Shown in pieces: positions 20,905 to 29,694 of a DNA stretch of 64,000 bases (position 1 is the first letter of the stretch; every line of letters starts with the position of its first letter). A program made the translations under genes and the position numbers. Origin of the DNA: Obrimoposthia wandeli (lineage: Eukaryota); NCBI GenBank assembly GCA_977020255.1, contig CDROCS010001089.1, positions 496,001 to 560,000 on the forward strand, given 5' to 3'. The notes beneath the pieces were generated by a model. The model saw nothing but the letters and a program-made list of their open reading frames with translations. It had not been told where the DNA came from and made no database searches.

Positions 20905-21435
20905 CTAGTTGTTAATGATATGTTTTGCAAATGCTGCTAAATCAGCATAAACGGGAACATCTGCAGCTATTCCGGCATCTAAAGTACGCTGGCCTTTACC
21001 TGTTAACACTAGCGCCGCTGCTATATTGGCACTGTTTGCTGCTTTTAAATCGCTTAGGCTGTCGCCAACAAAGTAAATATCACTTAAATTTGGATAATCA
21101 TCCATGATATCTAAAAGCATGCCCGGTAAAGGTTTACGACATTTACATAAGGCGTCAGGCAAGTGAGGGCAAAACACTATTTTGTCGATCACGCCACCCG
21201 CGCTATGTACTAAGGAATGCATTTTTTGATGCATCGCGGCTAGGGTGTCTAATGAATAATAACCGCGGCCAATACCCGATTGATTAGTAGCAACCGCGAT
21301 TTTATAACCAGCGCACGATAAATCAGCAATGGCTTGTATGCTATTGGGGATAGCGCGCCATTGATCAACAGTGCGAATGTAATTATCGCTGTCATAGTTA
21401 ATAACGCCATCGCGATCGAGTATGATTAATTTCAT
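20905..21435 (-). CDS. gmhB: D-glycero-beta-D-manno-heptose 1,7-bisphosphate 7-phosphatase
   Basis: ILDRDGVIN, ATNQSGIGRG, CPHLPDALCKCRKPLPGM, VGDSLSDL. Confidence 0.95.
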   Translation of the reverse strand: MKLIILDRDGVINYDSDNYIRTVDQWRAIPNSIQAIADLSCAGYKIAVATNQSGIGRGYYSLDTLAAMHQKMHSLVHSAGGVIDKIVFCPHLPDALCKCRKPLPGMLLDIMDDYPNLSDIYFVGDSLSDLKAANSANIAAALVLTGKGQRTLDAGIAADVPVYADLAAFAKHIINN

Positions 21436-21440
21436 GCTGG

Positions 21441-22022
21441 TTATTGCGATGCCTGTTGTTTGGCAAGTGCGCGTCTGTCTGCATCTTCACATAGCCAGTG
21501 GCCTGCGAATATATGCGCTTCTTGGACACGGGCTGTTTCAGTCGCCGGTACAGCAAGAATATGATCAGCTATATCTTTTAATAACCCGCCATCTTCCCCT
21601 GTCCAAGCCCAGCTAGTCGCGCCTATTTTTTGGCCGGTTTCAATAGCGTGGATAATATTTTTACTATTACCCGATGTAGATATACCAATGATGATGTCTT
21701 CAGGCTTCGCTAATGCTTCTACTTGGCGGCTAAACACAGTATCGAAAGAGAAATCATTGGCGTGGGCTGTCAGTAAAGAAGTGTCAGTGGTTAAAGCGAT
21801 AGCAGCTAATGGTGCGCGTTCGGCTTTATAGCGCACTACAAACTCAGTTGCTAAATGTTGGCTATCGGCCGCGCTTCCGCCATTGCCCATAAAAAATAAT
21901 TTACCGCCGCGATCAAAGCAACGATCAATATGCTCTGCTAGTAACTGGAGTGTTTGTTCGCATTGAACCATTTTTTCAAACAATTGCTGGTGGCGCTGCA
22001 ACGCATTTAAGTAGCTAGACAT
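21441..22022 (-). CDS. gmhA: Phosphoheptose isomerase
   Basis: GNGGSAADSQHLATEF, ALTTDTS, ANDFSFDTVFSRQ, ISTSGNS, TARVQEAH. Confidence 0.95.
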   Translation of the reverse strand: MSSYLNALQRHQQLFEKMVQCEQTLQLLAEHIDRCFDRGGKLFFMGNGGSAADSQHLATEFVVRYKAERAPLAAIALTTDTSLLTAHANDFSFDTVFSRQVEALAKPEDIIIGISTSGNSKNIIHAIETGQKIGATSWAWTGEDGGLLKDIADHILAVPATETARVQEAHIFAGHWLCEDADRRALAKQQASQ

Positions 22023-22138
22023 GAGAGCTGATTACCTTGATAAATTTAATCAAATTCTAACTGATATACACTGCGCGATAAACTACAATAACCAGCTATG
22101 TTGAGAATTTCATCTTTTGTTAATGGTAGCCATATCCT

Positions 22139-23458
22139 TTGAGAATTATCTATAACTGCATTTTTTACCTGCTTACACCATTCTTGTTGCTCAAGTTATG
22201 GCGCCGCGGTGCAAAAGCACCTGCTTATCGCCAACGTATTTTAGAACGATTTGGCTATGCTTCTAAAAGTTTTGCCATTGCACCATTATGGGTACACGCC
22301 GTATCTGTAGGAGAAACGGTGGCGATAGCGCCGTTGTTAATGCAGCTATTAGAAAAGCACCCGCAGCTGCACATTCTTATTACAACATCAACGCCAACAG
22401 GTGCAGATAGAGTGGCTAAGTTATTCGTCAATTACCCTCAGGTGTGGCATCAGTATTGCCCTTATGATCAGTCTGGTGCAGTGTCGAGATTTGTAAATAC
22501 CCACAAGCCATTAGGGTTATTGATTGTTGAAACTGAGCTGTGGCCCAATATGCTGGCTAAATGCCAAGCTAAAGGCATTGCTGTGTTACTGGCTAATGCT
22601 AGAATGTCGGAAAAATCAGCAGCAGGCTACGCTAAAATTGCCAGTCTTACCAGTGCAATGCTATTGCAACTAGACTCATTAGTTGCGCAGTATCCAAGTG
22701 ATGGGGAGCGCTTTAAAAAGCTCGGTTTACCAGCAGAAAAATTATCGATAAGCGGCAGTATTAAATTTGATATAGATGTGCCTGAATCGCTGCTGCAAAA
22801 TGCAGCGCAGCTACGTTTGCAAATAGGCGGGCGCCCAGTGCTTATTCTCGCCAGTTCCCACCAAAGTGAAGAGCAAGGTGTGTTGCAGCTAATGGATGAA
22901 ATATGGGTAAAACACCCTCACTTATTACTCATAATAGTGCCCAGACATCCTGAAAGATTTGATGAAGTCACCCACTTGGCAGAGCAAGTTACCGATTTAG
23001 TGGCTAGGCGCTCAAAAAACGATTTAACTATGCAGAGCAAAGTTTATATTGGTGATACTATGGGCGAACTTAGCATGCTGTATGGGGCCGCTGATTTAGC
23101 TATAGTGGGCGGCAGTTTCGTGGCGATGGGCGGGCAAAATCCAATAGAACCTGCCAGTGTCGGTAAAGGGGTATTGATGGGGCCACAGCAATTTAATTTT
23201 TCGGTAATATGCCCACAATTAGAAGCAGCGGGTGGTATGCGCAGCTGCGCCGATTACCAGCAACTATCAGAGTATTTATTTGCACTATTAGCCGAACCAT
23301 TAGTTATGCGGGAAATGGGTGTGAAAGCGCAGCAATACTTTTTATCTCAGCGCGGCGCGACTGATTATTTGTTAGGTAAAATAGAAAAAGTGTTATTGAA
23401 TCAAGCGCGTGCTTTTAAAATTGACAGCATCATCGACAAAGACCGGGGTTTAAAGTGA
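22139..23458 (+). CDS. waaA: 3-deoxy-D-manno-octulosonic acid transferase
   Basis: WVHAVSVGET, ETELWPN, NARMSEKS, GSIKFD, VPRHPERF, GDTMGEL, GGQNPIEPA. Confidence 0.96.
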   Translation: MRIIYNCIFYLLTPFLLLKLWRRGAKAPAYRQRILERFGYASKSFAIAPLWVHAVSVGETVAIAPLLMQLLEKHPQLHILITTSTPTGADRVAKLFVNYPQVWHQYCPYDQSGAVSRFVNTHKPLGLLIVETELWPNMLAKCQAKGIAVLLANARMSEKSAAGYAKIASLTSAMLLQLDSLVAQYPSDGERFKKLGLPAEKLSISGSIKFDIDVPESLLQNAAQLRLQIGGRPVLILASSHQSEEQGVLQLMDEIWVKHPHLLLIIVPRHPERFDEVTHLAEQVTDLVARRSKNDLTMQSKVYIGDTMGELSMLYGAADLAIVGGSFVAMGGQNPIEPASVGKGVLMGPQQFNFSVICPQLEAAGGMRSCADYQQLSEYLFALLAEPLVMREMGVKAQQYFLSQRGATDYLLGKIEKVLLNQARAFKIDSIIDKDRGLK

Positions 23459-23619
23459 AAAACTACAAACTATTATTGAAGCTCAGTGTATTTACCAGTA
23501 TTTTATGGCTGGTTGGTTGCGGTCAAAAAGGACCGTTGTATTTAGAAAAAGAACCGGTCAAAGAGACGGTTGAAAGTAACGTTAGTGAAGTGCCTAGCAA
23601 GACAAACGTTAGCGAATAG
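23455..23619 (+). CDS. lptM: LptM/YifL/LppL-family small lipoprotein (54 aa; not in the supplied ORF track)
   Basis: Manual translation from GTG 23455 gives MKNYKLLLKLSVFTSILWLVGCGQKGPLYLEKEP..., with a lipobox and the family motif CGQKGPLYL. It sits upstream of lysA as usual. Confidence 0.9.
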   Translation: MKNYKLLLKLSVFTSILWLVGCGQKGPLYLEKEPVKETVESNVSEVPSKTNVSE

Positions 23620-23677
23620 TTAAATATTTAATAAAAAATAATTCAGTAGAGAAGATCAATAACAGGTGTAAAGATTC

Positions 23678-24931
23678 ATGGAAAGTTTTGAGTACCGCAA
23701 CAATAGTTTGCACTGCGAAAACGTATTACTCAGCAAAGTGGCAGAGGAGTATGCTACGCCAACTTATGTCTATTCTAGAGATGCCATTGAGCTTGGCTAT
23801 CTTGCATATGCCAATGCACTAGAAGGCAGAAACGACATGGTTTGCTACGCGATGAAAGCAAACAGTAATATCGCAGTATTAAACGTATTAGCGCGTTTAG
23901 GTGCCGGTTTTGATGTGGTTTCTCAAGGCGAGTTAGAGCGCGTATTGACAGCGGGGGGGCAAGCTAGTCGTATTGTGTTTTCAGGTGTATCAAAACAATC
24001 TAGTGAAATTCGCCGCGCTTTAGAAGTGGGCATCCACTGTTTTAATATTGAATCAGAATCGGAGTTGATTCGTATCAATGCGGTTGCTGAGCAAATGGCA
24101 ATGCAGGCACCTATCTCTTTTCGTATAAATCCCAATGTTGACGCGGGCACTCATCCATATATATCTACGGGTCTTAAAGAAAATAAATTTGGTATCGACA
24201 TTGAAGAAGCGTTGCGCATTTATCAACACGGCGCAAGTTTGAGCAACGTTAATATCATTGGCATGGATTGTCATATTGGTAGTCAGCTAACTCAAATAGC
24301 CCCTTTTATGGATGCTATGGATAAATTGCTAGCACTGATCGATACCTTAGCAGAACATGGTATTACACTTAAGCATTTAGATCTTGGTGGCGGGTTAGGT
24401 GTTTGTTACACCGATGAGCAACCACCCAGTGCTGCTGAGTATATCGGAGCTGTTTTAGAAAAAATTGGCGAGAGAAAGCTGTCTCTAATTTTTGAACCGG
24501 GGCGATCTATTGTGGCAAATGCAGGGGTATTATTGACTGAAGTTGAATACCTAAAACATAACGAAAGCAAAAATTTCGCCATTGTAGATGCTGCGATGAA
24601 TGACTTGCTACGCCCTGCTTTGTATAGCGCCTATCAAGAAATTATTCCGTTACAGATTAATGAAGATATAGCAAAGCATAACTATGATGTGGTCGGCCCT
24701 GTTTGTGAAACGAGTGATTTTTTGGGAAAAGATCGTCAGCTAGCCATTGCCCCAGGAGATTTACTGGCGGTATGTTCTGCGGGCGCTTATGGTTTTACAA
24801 TGAGTTCAAACTACAACACTCGAACACGCGCCGCTGAAATAATGATTGATGATAATGAAATTTATGAAATCCGCAAACGAGAAACTTTTGCAGATTTAGT
24901 GAAAGGTGAAAAATTACTACCTGAAGACTAA
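23678..24931 (+). CDS. lysA: Diaminopimelate decarboxylase
   Basis: YAMKANSN (PLP Lys), GFDVVSQGE, HPYISTGLKENKFG, HIGSQL, EPGRS, GPVCETSD, GAYG...SNYN. Confidence 0.97.
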   Translation: MESFEYRNNSLHCENVLLSKVAEEYATPTYVYSRDAIELGYLAYANALEGRNDMVCYAMKANSNIAVLNVLARLGAGFDVVSQGELERVLTAGGQASRIVFSGVSKQSSEIRRALEVGIHCFNIESESELIRINAVAEQMAMQAPISFRINPNVDAGTHPYISTGLKENKFGIDIEEALRIYQHGASLSNVNIIGMDCHIGSQLTQIAPFMDAMDKLLALIDTLAEHGITLKHLDLGGGLGVCYTDEQPPSAAEYIGAVLEKIGERKLSLIFEPGRSIVANAGVLLTEVEYLKHNESKNFAIVDAAMNDLLRPALYSAYQEIIPLQINEDIAKHNYDVVGPVCETSDFLGKDRQLAIAPGDLLAVCSAGAYGFTMSSNYNTRTRAAEIMIDDNEIYEIRKRETFADLVKGEKLLPED

Positions 24932-24938
24932 TCCAAAC

Positions 24939-24968
24939 TGGCTATGATCATTATTGTGATCATAGCCA
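24939..24968. repeat. Intergenic stem-loop between lysA and dapF
   Basis: TGGCTATGATCA-TTATTG-TGATCATAGCCA, a perfect 12-bp stem with no U-tract, so a processing/stability hairpin or weak terminator. Confidence 0.5.
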
Positions 24969-25010
24969 TATCAATAAGTGTGATACTTAAAATAAAAACG
25001 GAAAAGAATA

Positions 25011-25844
25011 ATGCTACTACGTTTTACCAAAATGCATGGGTTAGGTAATGACTTTATGGTTGTTGATTTAGTCACTCAGCGCTTCAAATTTAATTCGCAA
25101 ATGGTAAAACGTCTTGGGGATCGAAAATTAGGCATTGGCTTTGACCAGCTACTTATTATTGAAATTCCTACCGATCCAGATATGGACTTTCGCTACCGTA
25201 TTTTCAATGCCGATGGCAGCGAAGTTGAACATTGTGGCAATGGCGCGCGATGCTTCGCACTTTTTGTGAAAGACAAGAGACTCACTGTTAAAAAGCAGGT
25301 TAAGGTTGAAACCGCTAAAGGTAATATGCTGCTGACTATTCGCGATGATCGCCAAGTGGAAGTCGATATGGGTGCACCGATACTCTCTCCGGCTGAAATA
25401 CCTTTTATAGCGGCCGAGCAGCAAAAAACCTACCCTTTACAAGTCGCAGGGCAGCAGTGGCAAATCTCAGCTATATCGATGGGAAACCCCCATGCAGTAA
25501 TAGTCGTTGATGATGTGCAAACAACAGCGGTGGAATCTTTAGGGCCTGCTATTCAAGCGATGAACTGTTTTCCAAATGGCGCCAATATTGGCTTCATGCA
25601 AATAGTCAGTGACAGTGAAATTAACTTACGTGTTTACGAGCGCTCTGTAGGTGAAACGCTTGCCTGCGGCACTGGGGCATGTGCAGCGGTAGTTGCTGGT
25701 AGGCAGCGCGGTTTGCTTAGTGAGCGAGTTAAAGTAAACGTTACAGGTGGTTGTCTAGAAATTTTTTGGCAAGGCCAAGACAGTGATCCAGTAATAATGA
25801 CAGGGCCTGCAACAAGTGTTTTTGAAGGGAAAATTTTTATATGA
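25011..25844 (+). CDS. dapF: Diaminopimelate epimerase
   Basis: FTKMHGLGNDF, EVEHCGNGARCF, SMGNPHAV, YERSVGETLACGTGACA. Confidence 0.97.
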   Translation: MLLRFTKMHGLGNDFMVVDLVTQRFKFNSQMVKRLGDRKLGIGFDQLLIIEIPTDPDMDFRYRIFNADGSEVEHCGNGARCFALFVKDKRLTVKKQVKVETAKGNMLLTIRDDRQVEVDMGAPILSPAEIPFIAAEQQKTYPLQVAGQQWQISAISMGNPHAVIVVDDVQTTAVESLGPAIQAMNCFPNGANIGFMQIVSDSEINLRVYERSVGETLACGTGACAAVVAGRQRGLLSERVKVNVTGGCLEIFWQGQDSDPVIMTGPATSVFEGKIFI

Positions 25845-26545
25845 GTAACACCGAAGATAAACAAATTAATACACCGAGTATAACTCGCGAACAAGTTGCC
25901 GCCTTCTTGCAAAAAGATGCAGATTTTTTTATTGAGTATGAGTATCTATTAGAAGTACTATCGGTACCGCATGAATCGGGAGCAGCGGTTTCTTTTGTTG
26001 AGAGGCAGTCTTCTATGCTGCGCGAAAAGAACAAAAAACTCACTGTTCATTTATCTGATTTTTGCGACGCAGCGCGGCACAATGATGTGCAGTTTGAAAA
26101 GACTAAACGCATGGTGCTATCGCTATTAGATGCACAAACACTAGATGATTTAGGTGATGCGTTAGAAGAGAGCTTATGCCGAGATTTTTACGGAGATGCT
26201 ACATCGCTTATTTTGTTTGACGATAAGCAACTAACCGTTAATAACCGACGCATGATGCCACGTGAAATGGCAGGCATTGTAGAGCCGCTGATGATTTCTA
26301 ATCAACCTAGTTGTGGCAACTTATCAGCCGCTGAGAATCACTTTTTATTCGAAAATCGCTCTGCTATGATTCAATCCGCCGCGGTTATTCCCTTAGTACA
26401 AGGGGAGACAATGGGTTTGTTAGGCATTGGTAGTTTTGATGAAGATTATTTTCAAAGTAGCCAAGGAACAATGTTTTTAACTTATGTTGGTGAGGTTTTA
26501 AGCCGTGTGGCAAGTCGCATTTTGCAAAGCAAAGTTGAGCCTTAA
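25841..26545 (+). CDS. DUF484 (YigA-family) protein
   Basis: VAAFLQKDADFF, LSVPHESGAAVSFVERQ, QGTMFL; canonical position between dapF and xerC. Confidence 0.9.
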   Translation: MSNTEDKQINTPSITREQVAAFLQKDADFFIEYEYLLEVLSVPHESGAAVSFVERQSSMLREKNKKLTVHLSDFCDAARHNDVQFEKTKRMVLSLLDAQTLDDLGDALEESLCRDFYGDATSLILFDDKQLTVNNRRMMPREMAGIVEPLMISNQPSCGNLSAAENHFLFENRSAMIQSAAVIPLVQGETMGLLGIGSFDEDYFQSSQGTMFLTYVGEVLSRVASRILQSKVEP

Positions 26546-26620
26546 ATAGTACAATTCAAAGCGTGTTGTATGTTATAAAAGTAGTTATTTGCAGAAACTT
26601 TTGTTATCAATAAGAGACGA

Positions 26621-26664
26621 CTGTCCAGTTAAAAAGATTATAAAAATGAATACGGACAGCCATG
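26621..26664. repeat. Possible internally deleted remnant of MITE family A
   Basis: CTGTCCAGTTAAAAAG matches the element end at 15/16, and CGGACAGCCATG (11/12) follows about 20 bp later in inverted orientation. Confidence 0.4.
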
Positions 26665-26671
26665 TCAACAA

Positions 26672-27559
26672 GTGATGAATATGAGCTCTTTTAAAGCAAT
26701 ATCAAACCTGAGTTTGCCGCTTGAACAATATATCGCTTACTTACAGCGTCAATCGTTAGCTAACAACAGTTTAGTCAACTATCGTAGTGATTTGTCTCGC
26801 TTTCTGGATTTTATCGCTGACTATCGATTAAAAAAGTGGCAAAGTATAAGTGAAAAACAAGCTCAAGCTTTTTTTTGGGACGCTCATAACAGCGGAAAAT
26901 CAAGAGCAAGTATTAATCGTCAGCTCAGTACTGTACGAGGATTTTTTAACTATTTAAGACGTACTTTACAACTTGATTTTGACCCATTGCTTGGTCTGAA
27001 TTTACCAAAAGAATTAGCGGTTGTAGCGGCGACCGTAACCCCTATTAATTTACCATTATTGCTAAAATTTACAGTAATAGATTTTATGACTGCGCGAGAC
27101 AAAGCGCTATTAACGCTGCTCATCGAATGTGGTATTACTATTACTGAACTGGCAGCATTAGAGCTGTTTAGCCTAAATATAGCGCAAAGCAGCGTGGTTT
27201 GTGTTGAGCAAAAAGGTAAGCAAAGAGAAATTAAACTCAGCCAAATCTGTTTAGAAGCTTTAGAGTGTTGGATGCAATATCGTGTATCAATATCTTCGCT
27301 AGAGCCTGCACTGTTTATTTCTAAACAGGGACGGCGCCTCAGCGTTCGTGCGATTCAACTGCGCATTCAGCATAGAGGGCAACAAATTACTACTAGCAAC
27401 TTGAGTGTTAGAAAATTACAGCAAGCTAGAGATCAGCAACGATTGGCTGATGATAAAACCACTATAGATCAAACAGCTGAGCACGAAAACGCCCTAGCCC
27501 AGCAACAACTGATAACAGCATATTTACATGCGCACCCAAGAGCGAATAAAAATGATTAA
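26672..27559 (+). CDS. xerC: XerC-like tyrosine recombinase homolog with degenerate catalytic site
   Basis: Canonical dapF-DUF484-xerC-yigB position, core-binding domain (SINRQLSTVRGFFNYL), ARDKALL, LFISKQGRRLSVRAIQ and terminal AHPRA. Catalytic Arg, His-x-x-Arg and Tyr are missing. Confidence 0.85.
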   Translation: MMNMSSFKAISNLSLPLEQYIAYLQRQSLANNSLVNYRSDLSRFLDFIADYRLKKWQSISEKQAQAFFWDAHNSGKSRASINRQLSTVRGFFNYLRRTLQLDFDPLLGLNLPKELAVVAATVTPINLPLLLKFTVIDFMTARDKALLTLLIECGITITELAALELFSLNIAQSSVVCVEQKGKQREIKLSQICLEALECWMQYRVSISSLEPALFISKQGRRLSVRAIQLRIQHRGQQITTSNLSVRKLQQARDQQRLADDKTTIDQTAEHENALAQQQLITAYLHAHPRANKND

Positions 27560-28271
27560 ATGCCTAACTTTCGATTTAGATGATACTTTGTGGGATATTC
27601 GACCTGTCATTAAAAATGTAGATTTGCAACTTTATCTTTGGTTGCAGCAAAATGCGCCAGCTTACACCGCCAAGTATGCTTTAGAGAACTTTGAAGCACT
27701 GCGTAAACAAGTGGTGAATGCATACCCTGAAATAGCGCACAGTGTGACAGATATTCGCAAAAAAGGGTTACAGATAGGTTTAACCAAATCTGGCTATGAT
27801 CCCCAACAGGTTGTTAAGCTGGCAGAACAGGGGTTTGAGGTTGCACTTAAAGCGCGCCAAGAAGTAAATTATTTTCCCCATGTTTGGCCTGCGTTAGATG
27901 AGCTAAAAGCGCAGGGGTACGTTATGGGCGCAATCACCAACGGTAATGCTGATATCTACAAAGTGGGGTTGCAAGACCATTTTGATTTTCAGTTTAATGC
28001 GCATGACTGTGGAGTAGAAAAACCACACCCAAGTATCTTTGAACAAATGCTAACGCATGCTGGATTATCAAGCCGACAAGTTATTCATATTGGTGATAAC
28101 CCAATTGCTGATGTACAAGGTGCACAACAACTGGGAATGTCGACCATTTGGGTAAATGTTATCACACAGCAATGGTCCCATGATTTTAATGCAGATCAAC
28201 AGATTGATTGTATTAGCGAGCTTCCAGCAGCAGTGCAAAAGATAGTGAAAGCTAGAAAGCTAGAAAGCTAG
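27552..28271 (+). CDS. HAD-superfamily hydrolase (YigB-like)
   Basis: TFDLDDTLW motif I, ITNGNAD, KPHPSIF, HIGDNPIADVQGA. The ATG overlaps the xerC stop. Confidence 0.92.
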   Translation: MIKCLTFDLDDTLWDIRPVIKNVDLQLYLWLQQNAPAYTAKYALENFEALRKQVVNAYPEIAHSVTDIRKKGLQIGLTKSGYDPQQVVKLAEQGFEVALKARQEVNYFPHVWPALDELKAQGYVMGAITNGNADIYKVGLQDHFDFQFNAHDCGVEKPHPSIFEQMLTHAGLSSRQVIHIGDNPIADVQGAQQLGMSTIWVNVITQQWSHDFNADQQIDCISELPAAVQKIVKARKLES

Positions 28272-28277
28272 AAAGCT
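28247..28277. repeat. Octamer tandem repeat (GAAAGCTA)x3.9 spanning the yigB stop codon
   Basis: GAAAGCTA GAAAGCTA GAAAGCTA GAAAGCT, read directly. Confidence 0.85.
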
Positions 28278-28406
28278 CTCAGTAGAGCGCGCCAATTGGT
28301 TTCTCACTATTCATGATCAGGGTGCTACAGTGAGGGGCGTTATAATAGCTGCTTGTTTACTCGTTACATTTTAAGAAGATAGCGCTTCTATAAAACAAAA
28401 GGCTGA

Positions 28407-29669
28407 TTAAAAGAAGTAACGAGCGGCTAGCTGAATTTGTTGCTCAGTTAGATTGGTTGAATAACCTAGATATGCTCTAGAGGGGCGAGAAGATTTTATC
28501 CAATTATACTCAGCTGAAAGTAGTAAAGGTTTTGACCAGCGGTAGGTGTAATTAAAGGTGGCCGCTTTACCGTATTCAGTATTGTTATCCCCAATAGTTT
28601 GATCATTATCAGTGACAGAAAATTCTTCTAACCTTACAGTATATTTGTGCTTTTTTACTTTACGAGACAGTGCGACAAATCCACTTCTATAATCGTTATT
28701 TACCACATCGGTGCGCTGGGGAGATTGCATTAAAGTGGAGCCTTGCAAAAGCTGCGCGCTTAATTCTAAATCTTTTGCCAAGCGCCAACGACTACCGGCA
28801 TATAAAAACTTTGTTCTCCAGCCGTATTGCCCATCAATTTCCAAATAGGGTTTTGCGCGGTTATCATAATAGCCAATTAAAAATTTACCTTTTTTATGTT
28901 GCTTCCAATCAAATTGAAAGTGATAGCCTGGGCGGTTGTCAATTTCTAAAAAGGCATTAGATTTTTTTGCTTGATGTTCAAAAATACCGCCAGGAGCAGT
29001 GGCCGGTATTGCGGGAAATGGCTGGCTTTTTCGCCAAGAACTTTGCCTGTTACTCGTCGTCCAGCCGTGCCAAGAAAGTAAAGCACCATTCGGATCATTG
29101 CTGGTAAATAAACTAGCACTGAAAGAGATATCAAAAGGGTCATCTTTTAAGCGACCTAGGCGTGTTACTTTAACTTCACTACCTAGCACTCTAGTTTCTT
29201 CCCCTATCCAAGTATTTAAGGTTGAAGAGTTTAAGGTATTGATACTTGCCCATGCAAAAGCTTCATTTTCAATTGAAATTTTTGGATAAAAGATGCCGCT
29301 TCTGTTCTCCCAGCGATAGCCTGATTCTGAGGGGATTGATTTATATTTTAGATAAGCTTCAGTGACGCCTAAACCTATTTGGTTATTTTCGATATAGCTA
29401 TTAACGACCAAGTTAGCGCTTAAGCCGTTGTCCCAAAGTAGTTGAAATTGACCTGCAAATTGAGGCAGTGCGAGTGCTGCAGATCTATCGGATGAAAACT
29501 TGCCATAGCCGCCAGAAAGATAACTGTCGATACTTTGGTTACTGGATAATCGAAAATCTAATAATCCGTTTACTTTAAATTCGCTGGCAGTAACGTAACT
29601 GACACTCGAGTAAGTTAAAAAACAGCAGGTGATAGCTTTTATTTTTCGAGATAATTTTAACATGATCAT
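28407..29669 (-). CDS. Uncharacterised outer-membrane beta-barrel (porin-like) protein
   Basis: Signal-peptide-like N-terminus, alternating amphipathic strands, and C-terminal barrel signal QIQLAARYFF; last gene of a three-gene operon. Confidence 0.7.
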   Translation of the reverse strand: MIMLKLSRKIKAITCCFLTYSSVSYVTASEFKVNGLLDFRLSSNQSIDSYLSGGYGKFSSDRSAALALPQFAGQFQLLWDNGLSANLVVNSYIENNQIGLGVTEAYLKYKSIPSESGYRWENRSGIFYPKISIENEAFAWASINTLNSSTLNTWIGEETRVLGSEVKVTRLGRLKDDPFDISFSASLFTSNDPNGALLSWHGWTTSNRQSSWRKSQPFPAIPATAPGGIFEHQAKKSNAFLEIDNRPGYHFQFDWKQHKKGKFLIGYYDNRAKPYLEIDGQYGWRTKFLYAGSRWRLAKDLELSAQLLQGSTLMQSPQRTDVVNNDYRSGFVALSRKVKKHKYTVRLEEFSVTDNDQTIGDNNTEYGKAATFNYTYRWSKPLLLSAEYNWIKSSRPSRAYLGYSTNLTEQQIQLAARYFF

Positions 29670-29694
29670 CTTTGTTTATTAAGAAAGTGAGTGC

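Noticed and set aside
26672-28271. xerC-like gene as a prophage or integrative-element integrase
   Set aside because: It sits in the conserved chromosomal dapF-DUF484-xerC-yigB order, ends in the XerC-specific HPRA motif, and has no att repeats or phage genes nearby.
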